A stretch of 64,000 nt of DNA from Mytilus californianus. Its lineage: Eukaryota. The first letter of the stretch is position 1. Each line of letters begins with the position of its first letter. This document shows, piece by piece, positions 14,305 through 28,311 of this stretch. The notes beneath the pieces are model-generated. The model had not been told where the DNA came from and made no database searches. It was given only the letters and a program-made list of their open reading frames with translations. The translations under genes and the position numbers were made by a program. The stretch is from positions 71,052,001 through 71,116,000 of the forward strand of contig NW_026262581.1 in assembly GCF_021869535.1 (NCBI RefSeq), in the 5' to 3' direction.

Positions 14305-17300
14305 AGTAACGTTATGTGGAGAAGAGAGGAGAGTGATTGCGAATAAATGTACACTTAGTTCAGTACATCATGGATCTACAAAGTGATATCAACAAAATTA
14401 ATTTATTCATAGCTAAGCTAGTTTTAGCACTGCAGTAGACATAACAGTGATAGACACATGATTTGAGAATATTTAAGACTTTTGACAATAGAAAAATACT
14501 TCCCTAGATCAACTGTAAGTGTTTTCATATCCCACATAAAACAATAAACTAATTTTAAGTATTTTTGCAGGCTGTTGGATAAGTCATACATTATACCAGA
14601 AAAAACACACAATAGAATTTGTTAAATATTACCAATTATAAAAAAAAATGTTAATGTGTTCAAAACAGTCATACCGCAAATGACAAAATCTTGCTTGATA
14701 AATGTAGTCTTAAAATGTCTCTGTATGATTTATTTTATGATGTAATCATATGCACTGCTTATATTGTTAATGCTGAACGACTACAGAATTCATTCTTAAG
14801 TTATAAATTTGAAATATCTTATTTTTATGGAGTGGTTTAAGCCTAAACTGATTTCAACATATGATTAAATATGCTTTTTATGGGTTCTACAGGTGTGTGA
14901 TGTTATATTTCTTTGATTTACAGCCAATATATAGGCATGTTGCCATACATCTAGTTTTCTCGTAGATTTAAAGAATAATCAATTATCAAGTTAGACAGCT
15001 CTGTATCCCATGACAAACATTTGACATTCAATGGAACAGTATTAAAATGATTCTGTTTGCCTAAGAATGATTTATTATCATAAAATATAAAGAAGAAGCA
15101 ATCACAAAAAAAAGTAATCTAAGTCCCAGCATTATTCTAGAAAAAACTTATCTTACTGTTTATTACATGTTATAATAAGAATAATTTTACATTGTTCTGA
15201 ACATTTTCTTATTTCTTTACTTTTTAACGCTAAATATATGAACTCCTCTTTTTTATATAGGTCTACTACATAGTGAATGCTCTAGGAAAGACTACAGAAA
15301 TACAAAACAGATTGTCATATCAGTAACAGTGTGACAACTCTTAAATTTCAAAATGCGGCCAACACAGTTCTGTTATGTGGAGAAGAGAGGAGAATGATTG
15401 CGAATTAATGTACACTTAGTTCAGTGCATCATGGATCTACAAAGTAATATCATCAAAATTTATTTTTTCATAGCTAAGCCATTTTAAGCACTGCAGTAGA
15501 CAGAACAATGATAGTCACGTGGTTTGAGACTAAGTAAGACTTAAGACAATAGAAAAAACTTCCTGAAATCAGCTGTAAGTGGTTTCATAGCGCACATAAA
15601 ACAATAAACTAATTCAAAGTATTTAGGCAGGCTGTTTGATAAATAATTCATTATACCATAAAACAAACACTATAGAATTTGTTAGATATTAGCACAATTA
15701 TTTTTAAAAAAAGTTAATGTCTTCAAAGAAGTTTTATCGCAAATGACAAAAATCTTGATTAATAATTTTAGTCTAAAAAGTCTATTTATGATTTTTTTTA
15801 ATGATGTAATCATATGCGCTGCTTATATTTTTAATGCTAAATGACTACAGAGTTCAAGCTGACTTAACAAGTGGGAATATCTTCTTTCCAGTGAGTGCCT
15901 TAAGCCTAAACTGATTTTAACATATGATCAACTATGCTTTTTATGGGTTCTACAGGTGTTTGATGTTATATTTCTTTTATTGACAGCCAATATATCAGCA
16001 TGTTGGCATACATCTAGTTTTCTCATAGATTTAATGAATTATCAAATAACAAGATAGATAACTCTGCATCCCATGACAAATATAAGACATTCAATGGAAC
16101 AGTATTGAAATGATAATGTTTAGTTTAGAATGATTTATTTTCATAAGATATAAAGAAGAAGCAATATCAAAGACAAAATAAGTAATATAAGTCCCAGCTT
16201 TATACTGAAAAAACCTGATTTTACTGTTTATTACATGTTATAAAAAGATTAATTTCACATGTTCTGAACATTGTCTTATTTTTTTTACTTTTTAACTCTG
16301 AATATATGATCTCCTCTTTTCTTATAGGTCTACTACATAGTGAATGATATGGGAAATGCTACAGAAATATAAAAACAGGTCTGTTCTATTAGAAACAGTG
16401 TGACAATTCTTAAATTTCAACATGTGGCAAACAAAGTTCTGTTATGTAGAGAAGAAAGGAGAGTGAGTGTGAATGTATTTAAAGCAATTTGGCAGCAAAT
16501 GAAAAAATTCTTGCTGAATAAATTTTGTCTAAAAAAGTCTAGGTATGATTTTTTTATGACGTTACTATATGCACTGCTTTATTTTTTAATGCTTAATTAC
16601 TACAGAATTCCATCTGATTAAACAATGGAAATATCTTCTTTCCAATGAGTAGTTTAAGCCTAACCTGCGTTTAATATCTTCTATTCAATGAGTGGTTAAA
16701 GCCTAACCTGATTTTAACATATGATCAAATATGCTTTTTATGGGTTCTACAGGTGTGTGATGTATTATTTCTTTTATTAACAGCCAATATATAGGCATGT
16801 TGGAAAACATCTAGTTTTCTCATAGATTTAAAAAATCATCAAATATCAAAAAAATAGACAGCTCTGTATCCCAAGATTTAAGAATCATCAAATATAAAAA
16901 AAATAGGCAGCTTTGTATCCCATGACAAAAAATGACTTTCAATGGAACAGTATTGAAATGGTTATGTTTACTTTAGAATGATTTATTATCATAAAATATA
17001 AAGAAGAAGCAGTCACAAAAAAAGTAGAACAAGTCCCAGCATTATACTAGAAAAGCTTATTTAACTGTTCATTACCTGTTATAGGATTAATTTTACATGT
17101 TCTGAACATTTTCTTATTTCTTTACTTTTTAACGCTGAATATATAAACTCCTATTTTTTTTATAGGTCTACTACATCGTGAATGCTCTAGGAAAGGCTAC
17201 AGAAATATGAAACCAGGTGTGTCCCTTCAGGAACAGTGTGACAATTCTTAAATTTGAACATGCGGCTAACACAGTTCTGTTATGTGGAGAAGAGAGGAGA

Positions 17301-20300
17301 ATGATTGCGAATTAATGTACACTTAGTTCAGTGCATCATGGATCTACAAAGTAATACAAACAAAATTTATCTATTCATAGCAAAGCCATTTTTAGCACTG
17401 CAGTAGACAGAACATTGATAAACACATGATTTTAGACTATTAAAGACTTTTGACAATAGAAAAATACTTCCCGAGATCAGCTGTAAGTGCTTATACATCA
17501 CACATAAAACAATATACTAAAGTATTTTTGTAGGCTGTTGGATAAGACATACATTTACACCAGTAAACTCAAACAATAGCGTTTCTTCAATGTGAGCACA
17601 GTTATTTAAAAAAAAATTATAATGAGTAATGTGTTCAAAGCAGTTTGACGGAAAATGACACAAATCTTGCGTAATAAAAGAATTCAATCTGAGTAAAAAA
17701 ATTGAAATATCTTCTTTCCAATATCTGGTTAAAGATGGCAGGAACAAGTTGTGATGTACCAGAACACATGTCCCACACAGAAAATTTGTTATAGTTAAGT
17801 AATAAAACATATAATTGCATCATTTGGTTATAGATATTCCAGGCTATTATTTTACATTAGTAAGTAGTTGCATACGCAGGTTTGGGATTTCCTTCACATA
17901 TTGGACCAATCAGAAGTCGAAATTGATGTCCCCTCTCTTGATTTCATCAATTCAAAGGTGGAAAAAATATCAGTTTTATGTGAACAAAAATATCTTGATA
18001 ATTTTGATGGAAGTGATAGATGCAGACATCTGTACGAAAATATTCACCTGGATTTTATATGAATTTTGGACGGATTTTTTACAGGGAATCTGTATAAAGC
18101 CTCTTTAAACCTAGAATCTTTTTTACATGGATTCCAGGCGGATTCAGGGCGAAATAGGGCCAAAATATGCAAATTTATCCGCTTGTCTTAGGAGGGCAAA
18201 AAATCCGTCTGATTAAAAGGAAAAATATTTCTCTCCTAAAACAAATCCGCCTAAAGAGGAGGACAAAATTTCCGCCTGAAGAGGCGGACAAAATTTCTGA
18301 ATATAGAGACGTAAATTATTTCCGTCTACAAAGGAGGAAATGTTTTCATTCCACCTGTTAAGGTTTTTTTTCCATTTCTTGCAATGAAAATGAGGCCTTC
18401 TCATAAATGAAATACTTATATTGTTAACTAAATTTACTCTATCTAAGCAATCATCATTTTGACATTTTTAGTTCTTCACAATTTCAGCATTATCAGTTAT
18501 TACAGTCACAATTTAAGTGTCTTTTCAGTGTTTGGTGCACATTTTCTTCTGTTAAAATCACAATTTTCTTTATTTCTTTCCTGTGTAGCTAACTTGATCT
18601 GTTACAGCATTATTAATTTGGTCAAAATTGGCAGTCCTGCATACATCTGTTATATTGTTTTGTTTTTTACACCAAGCAGAAACAATCTGAAATAAATAAT
18701 GAGGGCATAAGTTATAATAACAAATGTATTACTGGTTCAATTAAAAAAAAATTACCAAATTTTCATGTTGCAAATTTGTCTATATGACACAGGTAAATTG
18801 TGAGCTGCCTAGATCTGGTAGATTGGGTGTCTTTTCTGAGCATCACTTCTGGGCATGTTGCAAAAATACTCTTTTCTTTGGATATATTTTACTACGTATC
18901 ATTCAATATACAACAAAAACATCTAAAACGTAAAATTTTAGGAAATGTTTGTGTATTTTAAGCTTCATAGATTATTTCAAATTGTTGGGTTTAAATAAAA
19001 GATAATTACATCTAAAAAAAATGTACAGTTTAAATATTTTTATTTTTTTTTAAATGTGGAATATGCAAATCCTACATAAAAAGCATTAATAATGATTTCT
19101 TTCAGACAAACTACTTACTCAAACTCAAAGTCATAGTGAGTCCATTCTTCAGTCCTATGGGTATTGAAAAGATATATTAAAACTAATAATGCACATACAT
19201 CATTCTTTAAATTTTCTTTTCACCAGTTCTGAAATATAAAACAAATTGGTGGAAATAAGTACATATAAAATTGCTGAATAGTCTGATACTAGTATCATTT
19301 ACATATTCAGAAGCTGATTTGGGGGTGGTGGAGCCCCTCCCTCTTAATGAGCTACACATATTGTTATTGCATAGATTTATACAAGTCCCACTTCAAACTT
19401 TGACTTGGTGCCACTACACTCCCTTCAAATTCCTGGATCAGCAACAATATATAACTGTACAAATAATACATTTAACCTGACTTCAATACTCTATGTGCCT
19501 GACCCAAAACACTCAGTGCATGAAGTCTATAGGTTGTTCTTTCCTTTGTTTAATATTTGTTTTTCATTGTACTTTTACATCATAGGTCCTGGCCATTTTT
19601 AAAATCTAAATTTTGATCAGTAATTGTGTACGTCTATTTAAAGATAATACTTTTTGTCTTTCGTGGATAGATGTCTATATATTTATTTATTGGTAGTCAT
19701 ACCACAGATCTCCAATTTTGCCCAAACTACTTCATTAAAAGATTCTTACAGTTTTTACATATTAAATGATATCAGAGACATATATACACATGTGTATATT
19801 TGTCTCTGATAATACTTTATAAAAGAGACTTAAAAAATAAAAATTATGTCTCATGTTTTACACAATACCATAATAATTGCATTAATTTGTGGTCTAGTTT
19901 TTTACTTGACTCTTAATATTTAAGAAGACACTTTAAATGTCACTTTTTTTAGCACTGTTTCATAATATTCAAAATGGTGGAAATTCTAATTCATAATTTG
20001 TACTCACCAAAAGATATAATCCAAAATATATGTAAATATCAATCTTCTTAAATCCAACATTCATGTCATCAGAAGAATACATCTGCACTTTTTTATGTCA
20101 ATAGAATTATTTGGAACTTTTTAGTCTACATCCATTGTAAAATTCCTATTTTATTTATGATGGAAGACATCTTTGCTTGTTGTCTGCATGTTCATGTCAA
20201 GTTCAAATTTTGAATTTGTTGGGGTTGTGTAGGGAGTTGTCTGATTCCTTGAAATGTGTCCCTGATGAATACAGTTAATTACCTAAATCTTAAATATTTG

Positions 20301-22355
20301 ATATATATAATAATAACAAAAATATTCACTTACTATTTATTATCTATCTTTATGTTTATAAGTTATAGCAATTGCAGAAAAACGAACAAAGACATGTGCT
20401 CCCCTTCATTTGGCCCCAACTCTGTACATGATATTTCCTGTTCATTTCACAGAGATATATGAAAAAAACAGATGGCACATTGTATTTGTATCACTGGCTC
20501 AGCTTTCTTATTGATGAGAAAGAGACTACATGGAAATATTTTTTGTGTATACCTAATTAAATAAAGATACTGGAAATTAAACAAAATTTAACCTGCAACA
20601 GATGAGGCTTAATTCATTTGATAGAAAATCTAAAATTAAGATATTGTCTTAAATACTGTAAGTGAAATATGTATTACACAATAAATATTGAGTTAAGTCT
20701 TCCAATTGATATGTAATAGTGTGTCTTTCTATGTTGTGATGTTATACTATTGTTTCAGAAAAGGGAGAAGGTTTGGTACCATTAAAACGTTTAATCCCGC
20801 TGCTAATGTTTGCACCTGTCCTAAGTCAGGAATCTGATGTACAGTAGTTGTCGTCTGTTTATGTAGTTCATACGTGTTTCTCGTTTCTCGTTTTTATGTT
20901 TCAAATGCTATTTGTTAACACACTATTTAGTATGTAAATATTAAAAAGTAACCATTGCAGGGATTATAATTGGTTATATATTTTATAAAATTCATGATTG
21001 AAATATATGCATCTCTTTTGAATAATGTTGGATTTAAGGGTGGAATTAACACTGGTTTTATTGCCCAGATAATCAGCACTCTCTAAATCACTGAATTAAA
21101 AAATACTTCAATAATGATATATTTTTCATTTTAAAAAAACTAAAAAACAATTAAGAACAATTTCTGCCTCATAAATTTTAACAAAATTTTATAAGTACAA
21201 AATTTAATTCCCGCCTCATAAATTTGAACAAAATGTTCTAAACGCAATTTCCTCCTAAGAATCTTGAACAAAACCTTCAAAGTCCAGCATTGCGTCTCAA
21301 TACTTCTGTTACTACGGAAATCCTGTTCACTCAACAGGAAAATAGTAAACATTTCGCCTATGGTTTATGATACTTAAGATGGATTTTTTTCTATATTCTA
21401 TGTTCACCTTAATTCCGTCTAAAAGTCTTAATTTTTAAGTAGACTCCGCCGGTGATCCTGCTAATTTTAAGCGGAATACACCTAATATTCTCATACGGGA
21501 TGCTGAGTCTTTTTCATTGAATATCATTTATCTTTTGAAATTTGCCTTAAATTCTTCCCTGACATAGCGGGATTCAGCATGGTGGGGATCTGATTTGTAA
21601 CAAGGCATCACTTTATTTGCCTTATTTGCAATGGATTTATAAACTTTTAAATATCCATGCTGGACAGACACCCAAATTTACAGGTTTTCTATATATTCAC
21701 ATAAGCACGCACATATCTTAGTTACCCAAAACCATAAATTTTATTTGCATATTTGCCTGAACGATTAAATCATACATCAATGAAATTTTATAGATGTATT
21801 GTAAAATAACTGGTTTCTGCCACTTGAGGTAGGCCTCGAGGTAGACTCTACATAACACGAGTCTATGGCAACATAAGGCTGGTTCTTTCCCTTGCAATAT
21901 ACGGGTATCTTAGACACCCTTGTCTTATATCTGTCAGATCCAAACAGATAAAGGATAGGGAACCAGTCTAAGGGAATGTTTTAAGGAATATGTACCCTTT
22001 TGCTAAACATATATGGAAATCTTAATATGAGGCAGGTGTTACCTATGAAAGGGGAGGAAGTCAGCAAATCGTCATGTGAATATTATAATGATGTATTTCC
22101 CATTTGGTAATAATGGTACAAATTTTAACTAAAGTTTAAAAGCGCAATAATAAATATTTGATTGAGACATAAAAAAGTATTATAGGAATCGAATTTATCT
22201 GCACGAAGAATAATTCTTTGTTCGATTGGTTTTTTAATAGACAAGCAACTTATATAAATAAAGCATCTCCTTTTTTGGGGATAGATCATTTCACTACAAA
22301 CAATGTAGTTTTAAATTATCCCTGTATTTCCATTGGAGATGGACCATGGATTTTT

Positions 22356-22745
22356 AAATAAAGGCAACAGTAGTATACCGCTGTTTGAAATTCATAAATC
22401 GGTTGAGAAAAAACAAATCCGGGTTACAAACTAAAACTGAGGGAAACACATCAAATATAAGAGGACAACAAAGACACACCAGAAACACTAAAATGCAACA
22501 CACACAGAAACGAACTATAAGATAACAATAGCCATTTTCCTGACTTGGTACAGGACATTTTGAGAAAAAATGGTGGGTTGAACCTGGTTTGTGGCTAGCC
22601 AAACCTCCCGCTTTAATGGCAATGTTAAATATAGCACTAAAATGAGAACATTACATGACAGGACTACAATACAAATAAATGGAAGAACATACAGGACAGA
22701 GAAACACACAAATAAATAATACAATAGAACATTACGACAAGCTAA
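22356..22745. repeat. HINE/MgE-like interspersed repeat
   Basis: Begins AAATAAAGGCAACAGTAGTATACCGCTG and contains CCTGACTTGGTACAGGAC...GGTGGGTTGAACCTGG, the reverse-orientation counterpart of motifs in 9078-9742. Confidence 0.5.
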
Positions 22746-23194
22746 TAGTTCAAAGGTGCCAGGCCTAAAGATGAAAAGCATTGATGACCCAAGATTCCAA
22801 AAAGTTGTGCCAAATACTGCTAGGTTATCTGCCTGGGATAAGAAAATATTTAGTATTTAGAATAATTCATTTTTTTGCAAACAGTAAATTTATAAAATAT
22901 AAAAATGACCATATAATTGATATACATGTTAACACCGAAGTGGTGTCATACCCACAATTCTGTACTGCTGGATTTGCTAAAAATTGCTCATATATTGAGT
23001 TTAAACCATGCAAACCATTTAATCCTGGTACTACTAAGATAATTTTGATAACAATTATTTAACAGCAAAAATACATGAGAAATAGTGGAGATACAACACT
23101 ATAAAAATATTTATTTCTGAACTAACTAGATGAATAAGCCATTATAATCCAATAGGGGTGTGGAGATAGAACAGTGACAAAAACTCGTAGAGTG

Positions 23195-23475
23195 TAGAAA
23201 TCTCGTATTATAGTTGAATAATTTATTTTGGATATAACACGTCTTCTGATTGGCTGACGTTGTATTGTTTTTAAACCCATAGACATAATTTTATCATGTG
23301 ACCGTGACGTCATCAACGTTTTTTCATGGTTTACTCCGGTTTAAATGAAATTTAGAATTAAATTATAAGAAATGACTGTTATTTTTTTTCTGTCTATTCG
23401 AAATAACATAAAATGCACCACATTTTTGATGTTATTTCTTCATAGACAGAAAAAATATTACAGTCATTCCTCAAA
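23195..23475. repeat. Interspersed repeat with palindromic end
   Basis: AATGACTGTTATTTTTTTTCTGTCTAT (about 23371) is inverted to ATAGACAGAAAAAATATTACAGTCATT (about 23443). Contains GATTGGCT and TGACGTCA. Confidence 0.55.
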
Positions 23476-23879
23476 TACGGAGATAGACCATTGCAATTGG
23501 ATCTCTAATTTAAAACTATCTCCATTTTTATCAAAAGTGGATATATAACACTATAAGATATATAACGACGAAATCTCAAGAATTTATATGTATAAACATT
23601 TATTGTAAAAAAAAATCCCAGCATAATTTCTGGTGAAAAAAAAACTGAATTACGGAAACGTATCCGATGTTGGTACGATTGGTTTTTTTTTTTCTCTCGT
23701 TTTTAATGGTAGTTTAATTAAAAACATAATGATTTATACCTAAAAACGACGAATATACAAATTCAGCTTATTACGGATCTTTGTAGAAATACAAAAATCT
23801 GCCTGCTTGATCTCAAGTGAGTTTCCCCCAGAGAACTCATTTTGTTTGCTATAAAATCGTATGTTAAATAAGCTGATTC

Positions 23880-25800
23880 ATTTTTTTTGTAATTATTTTA
23901 TTTTTCATGATGAAACATGTGAAATTACATACTACAGTATTTGATACACATTATAAAAAATTAAGTAATACTTGAAAGATCATAAAGATATAATAAGATA
24001 TAAATATAAATATCACAATTGATTTTGTTAATTAATTAAATAAAAGCTGCTTCTAACAAATGCCATTTCTGATCCATGTTTTCTTTTTGTACAGGGGTTA
24101 AGAAACATACCGAGTATTTTTCTATATTAATCCAATATTTTAAATATTCTATCCCACCATATTTTGTGGGGGATATGTTCTTACATCTACATTTTTTATA
24201 TGTAATATTTGAATAACAACAAAATATTATTAACTGTTTTACGGTTGACAAAATCCTCAGACACACCTAAAATGACTTCTTGTGCACTGAAAGGCAGAAT
24301 AATGCCACAATTTTTGATCCAATCTATAACGGATAGCCAGAAGTTTTGTGTTACATTACATTCCCAAAAAATGTGAAAAATATTTTCTTTAATTTCTGAA
24401 CAAAATGTACATAGTTCAGTTTCTTTTAATTTACATTTCAATAAAAATGAATTACATGGTAGAATCCTATGAACAATCTTAAATTGAAAGTTTTGTAAAA
24501 AAGAATTTCTGGTTATAATGAAGGGCATGGAATAAATAGCAGTCCAATCTCCAATCTGCATATTTAAATCTATTTCCCATTTATTACGGGAAGTTAAAGA
24601 TACCACTTTATTATCCTCCAAAAATAATTTATAGAAAAATTTACAAGATTTTGGTTCCTTTTTAACTTTATCTATTATATATTAATTTATTTTCAATAAT
24701 ATCCAGTTTTGATCTACCTTCTATTATACTTTTCCATCTATTTGGAATCGCACTTAAAATACCATAAAACTCTACAAAATTAGTATTGATATCATACTTT
24801 TTTTTAAATTCATCATATGAGAATAATGTATTATTATCTGACATCAGATCATTAATAAAGAATATACAATTTTCAATATATTTGCACCTCAAAATCATCT
24901 TGCCATCCATTTTGATGTTTGGGTTCAGCCATATGGACTGGGCCAGAATTTCAGTATTGTTTTCAGCTTTAAGCTTATTTCTTAACTTGAGAAAATTTAC
25001 CAGGATATCATGCCAAAAGGGATTGACTTTTTCAGCTAAATAAAGTAATCCTTCTTGACTTAAGTGTAAAATTTTTTCACCCCCCCCCCCTATTTATTTC
25101 TATTCCGTTATATTTGGAATTTCCCTATTCTATTTCTATCTTTAGACTTGTGGTACAAGTTTGGCTAGTATGTAAATCAGAAGTGGTCTGATGTTACTGT
25201 TGTTTTCTGCACGAATATTTCGAGGGCGGTAGTACGGGTGGGGTTTTATAGGCATATATAAGTCCTGATTACGTTTGATTATTATCGATGTGCTCCAGTA
25301 ACTTTGATAGACGAAGTTAACGTTAAGCTCTGCATAATATATTACAGTTATGTTTGTATTGATATGTATTTAGGGGACATTGTGAATGTATATAGATGGA
25401 ATTGTGGTATATTTTTGTAATTTGTAAAATGTTTACAAGATATTAAATGTTGTTTCGCTGAGAAAATAAGAAAGTTACTGCGAGCAAACAAACCTAAATT
25501 ATGACTTGTCTCTTATTTAGCCATGTATTTAGTATAGAAATGTTTTAAATTCGGACGAATTCATGAGGGAGAATTTAAAAAGTTTTAATAACTACAACCC
25601 TTCCAATATATGTTAGTTCTCTATAATCCCAAGTTTTGAGCAATGACTTGATACTGTTTATCTTGGCTGTAAAATTACATAGAGTCTTATCCACTTTAGC
25701 AAGCTCAAACCATATACCTAATAGTTTAAACCTCCCAGAGTGGTTCCAAACAAATTTTTTTTCTGGTAAAAGTTGACTCATTTTAGTACTTACCCAAACA
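23880..25800 (-). mobile_element. L1/Tx1-type LINE, 3' part of ORF2 (post-RT plus zf-RVT), interrupted at about 25080-25570
   Basis: ORF 25575..25781 has FKLLGIWF...TWDYRELTYIGRVVVIK. ORF 24196..24621 has FQFKIVHRILPCN...CTFCSEIKENIFHIFWEC (zf-RVT). A-rich 3' tail near 23880-23905. Confidence 0.85.
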
Positions 25801-26049
25801 CAATAAATTCAACTGAATGTTCGTCCTCATTATTCTTTTTGGAAACCAGTTATGCAATTTTGCTGGAAATCATATGACTTACAACATGGCAGCATCCGTC
25901 AACTCAACATGAACAGGGTAATGGGCAAGCTCAACTTTCAAGTTAGAAAAAAAAATAATAATTTTGAGTTCATTGTTATATTGATTTTATATTGATTTTT
26001 CGTTTTATTGATTTTCTTATTGTTATTACTTACATAAAAAAAATTCCAC

Positions 26050-26575
26050 ATTGTTTCCCCTTGTACTCTTATATTTGACACATACCATCTGACTGGAACC
26101 ACACTAACGTCACACCTGTATTCAAAAGGGGGATACACACAACCCAGGTAATTTCAGACCCAGTGCCCGCCCCCCCCCCCCTTTTTGTGGGAAAAATTTG
26201 GTTGATTATTTAGGGACCACTGAAGCATGATTGGAGCGGGCCTCCTCTTATGGCAGTCAAAATGAAAAACTTTGGCATTTCAGAACAAATCATAAACTGG
26301 GTTGATTCATTCCTTTCAAATGTAACCCAAACAGTACTTTTAAAAATATGACATCTTCAAAAATACCAGTCAAATCAGGTGTCCCACAAAGTACAGTACT
26401 AGGACCAATACTATTCCTATATCAATAACCTTCCAGAATACATCAAACATAGCCGTATCAGACTCTTTGCAGATGGCAGTATGATATAGCGACAACTTAA
26501 ATCTCAAAACGACTGACTCAAGCTTCAAGTAGATCTTGAACCTGCCATAAAATGGGAACAAGACTGGCTTACATT
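26050..26575 (+). mobile_element. CR1-like LINE reverse transcriptase fragment with internal deletion and nested MITE fragment (about 26161-26258)
   Basis: Manual translation gives PSDWNHTNVTPVFKRG...PGNFRP, then SGVPQSTVLGPILF and RIRLFADG. The nested piece matches the interior of the MITE at 58316-58505 in reverse. Confidence 0.8.
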
Positions 26576-28067
26576 ACTGTGACAATATCCCGTAAATTGG
26601 TCGTGAAAAAGTATGTAAAAATGCGTGTGATTTTTACTATGGGGGGTCTACTATGTTTGTCACGGTTAAATTACAGGATGCCGTTAAACTTGTTTCGTGA
26701 CACTTACGTAGAATGACTGCCGTGGAAAGGTCGTGAAGAGATGCCACCTGAAAACTAAGGTGTAAACTACGTGAGATAAAACCGTAGAAACCCCATGTAA
26801 ATTTTGCCGTGACAAAGGTCATGATGATGAATTATGTGCCCATTGTGTATGTACATGAACATGATTCAGATTCAATATTTTATTATAGTCTCACCACATA
26901 CAAAAATAAAATGAGATTCACAGAAATAAACATAAAACATTAAAACATTTGCATTGTATGCACCAATCTTAAAAAGATTTATGAGAAACTTTTAAAACAC
27001 AAAATATACATATAAACATATTTTTACACGTTTACATTTAAAATTTACGTTGTCCATCTATACTAAATGAAAGTAAAACATTCAACTAAGAACTTAGAAC
27101 TAGTAAAAAAAATACTGTTTCTTCTCAACAAAATATTGTTGCAGGTTTTGGCAACAATAGCAGCAACATTGTCGTTATTAAATAAATTTTTTTTTTCGCT
27201 ATCTGATAGGTTAAAACGTTCATTAAAATTTATACTTCATGTATCATGATTTGTCTTAAATCTACATATAATGGGCATTTTAAAACGACATGAAATTCAT
27301 CTTCAATAGTAATGCTACAGTTAAAACATGTCCTCTCGTGGACTTCTTTTCTTTAATACCTTCCAGTTTCTATTTTTAGTGGAGCTACCCACATCTAAAT
27401 CTTGCAAAAGCACTTCTGTGTTTAATTGACAGAATATTTTTTAAATAATTTTCAGTACAATAATCATTTTTAAACAATTCATAAGTCCTCAATTTACTTC
27501 CCTCTGCATACGCAGCAACTCATGTACACCAGTTTGACTTAAACTTATTACATACATCTTCCTCAATTTGTTTAATACTATTTTTGTTCATACATTTGAT
27601 TCAAAATTACAATATTGCTCATAATTATACAATTTTAACATCTCTTAACTCTTAATTTTAGTATTGCACTTTCGTATGGACCATTTCAAAATTTTAAAAT
27701 TTATCCTTTGTGGGTCCATAATGTAACATCTAGTCCAATGTCTCAAGACACTTGACCATTGTTTAACGCATGGTGGTTTCCAGCCCATATCACCAGCTAT
27801 GGCATCATTTGGTGTGTATTTGCCAACTCCCCAAAAAAATCTCATGGCCCTGTTATGGACTGCATTTATGCAGGAAAAGTCCCTGGTTCCCCAAATACAT
27901 GCACCATAACTAATAACTGACCATACCATTGTATTGTACAGTTTTGAAAAAAAAATGTGCTGGAAACCACCATGTGTTTTACTCTTCACAATTAACAATC
28001 CTAATGCTCTACTGGCTGACTTTGCTACTGCTTTAGCCATTAATTGATAATCTAAATAGTGCACTAT

Positions 28068-28311
28068 ATCGGTGGCCGAGTGGTCTAAGTAGTCGAACTA
28101 CTGTATCACTAGCCAGTCAACACTGAGGTTGTGAGTTCAAATCCCGCACGGGGCAGGTGCACTCGACTTCAATCTTAATTGACTAGGATTGTCAGTTTTC
28201 CTACCGAAGGTCGGTGGTTCTCTCCGGCTTCCTCCACCAATAAAAACTGACCGCCACGAAAAAGCACAATAGTGTTGAAAATGGCGTTAAACACCAATCA
28301 ATCAATCAATC
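28068..28311 (+). mobile_element. tRNA-derived SINE inserted antisense into the LINE
   Basis: A box TGGCCGAGTGG (28073-28083), B box GTTCAAATCC (28135-28144), core CGAAGGTCGGTGGTTCTCTCCGGCTTCCTCCACC, and (CAAT)n tail. Confidence 0.9.

Larger units (their letters stand above)
11650..17730. repeat. Degenerate tandem array, unit about 1.05 kb, four copies plus a partial fifth
   Basis: Marker ATGCTTTTTATGGGTTCTACAGGTGTGTGATG recurs near 12025, 14870, 15933 and 16730. Marker TATAGGTC(T/G)AC recurs at 12440, 15257, 16324 and 17162. One period is 1067 bp; copy 1 is separated from copy 2 by a 1.77-kb insert. Confidence 0.9.

Noticed and set aside
20150-20282. Possible terminal exon VINCIHQGH...DVFHHK* on the minus strand
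   Set aside because: It is only 43 codons, with no recognisable domain and no linked upstream exon.
28068-28150. tRNA gene
   Set aside because: A and B boxes are present but continue into a SINE body and (CAAT)n tail, and no complete cloverleaf is evident.
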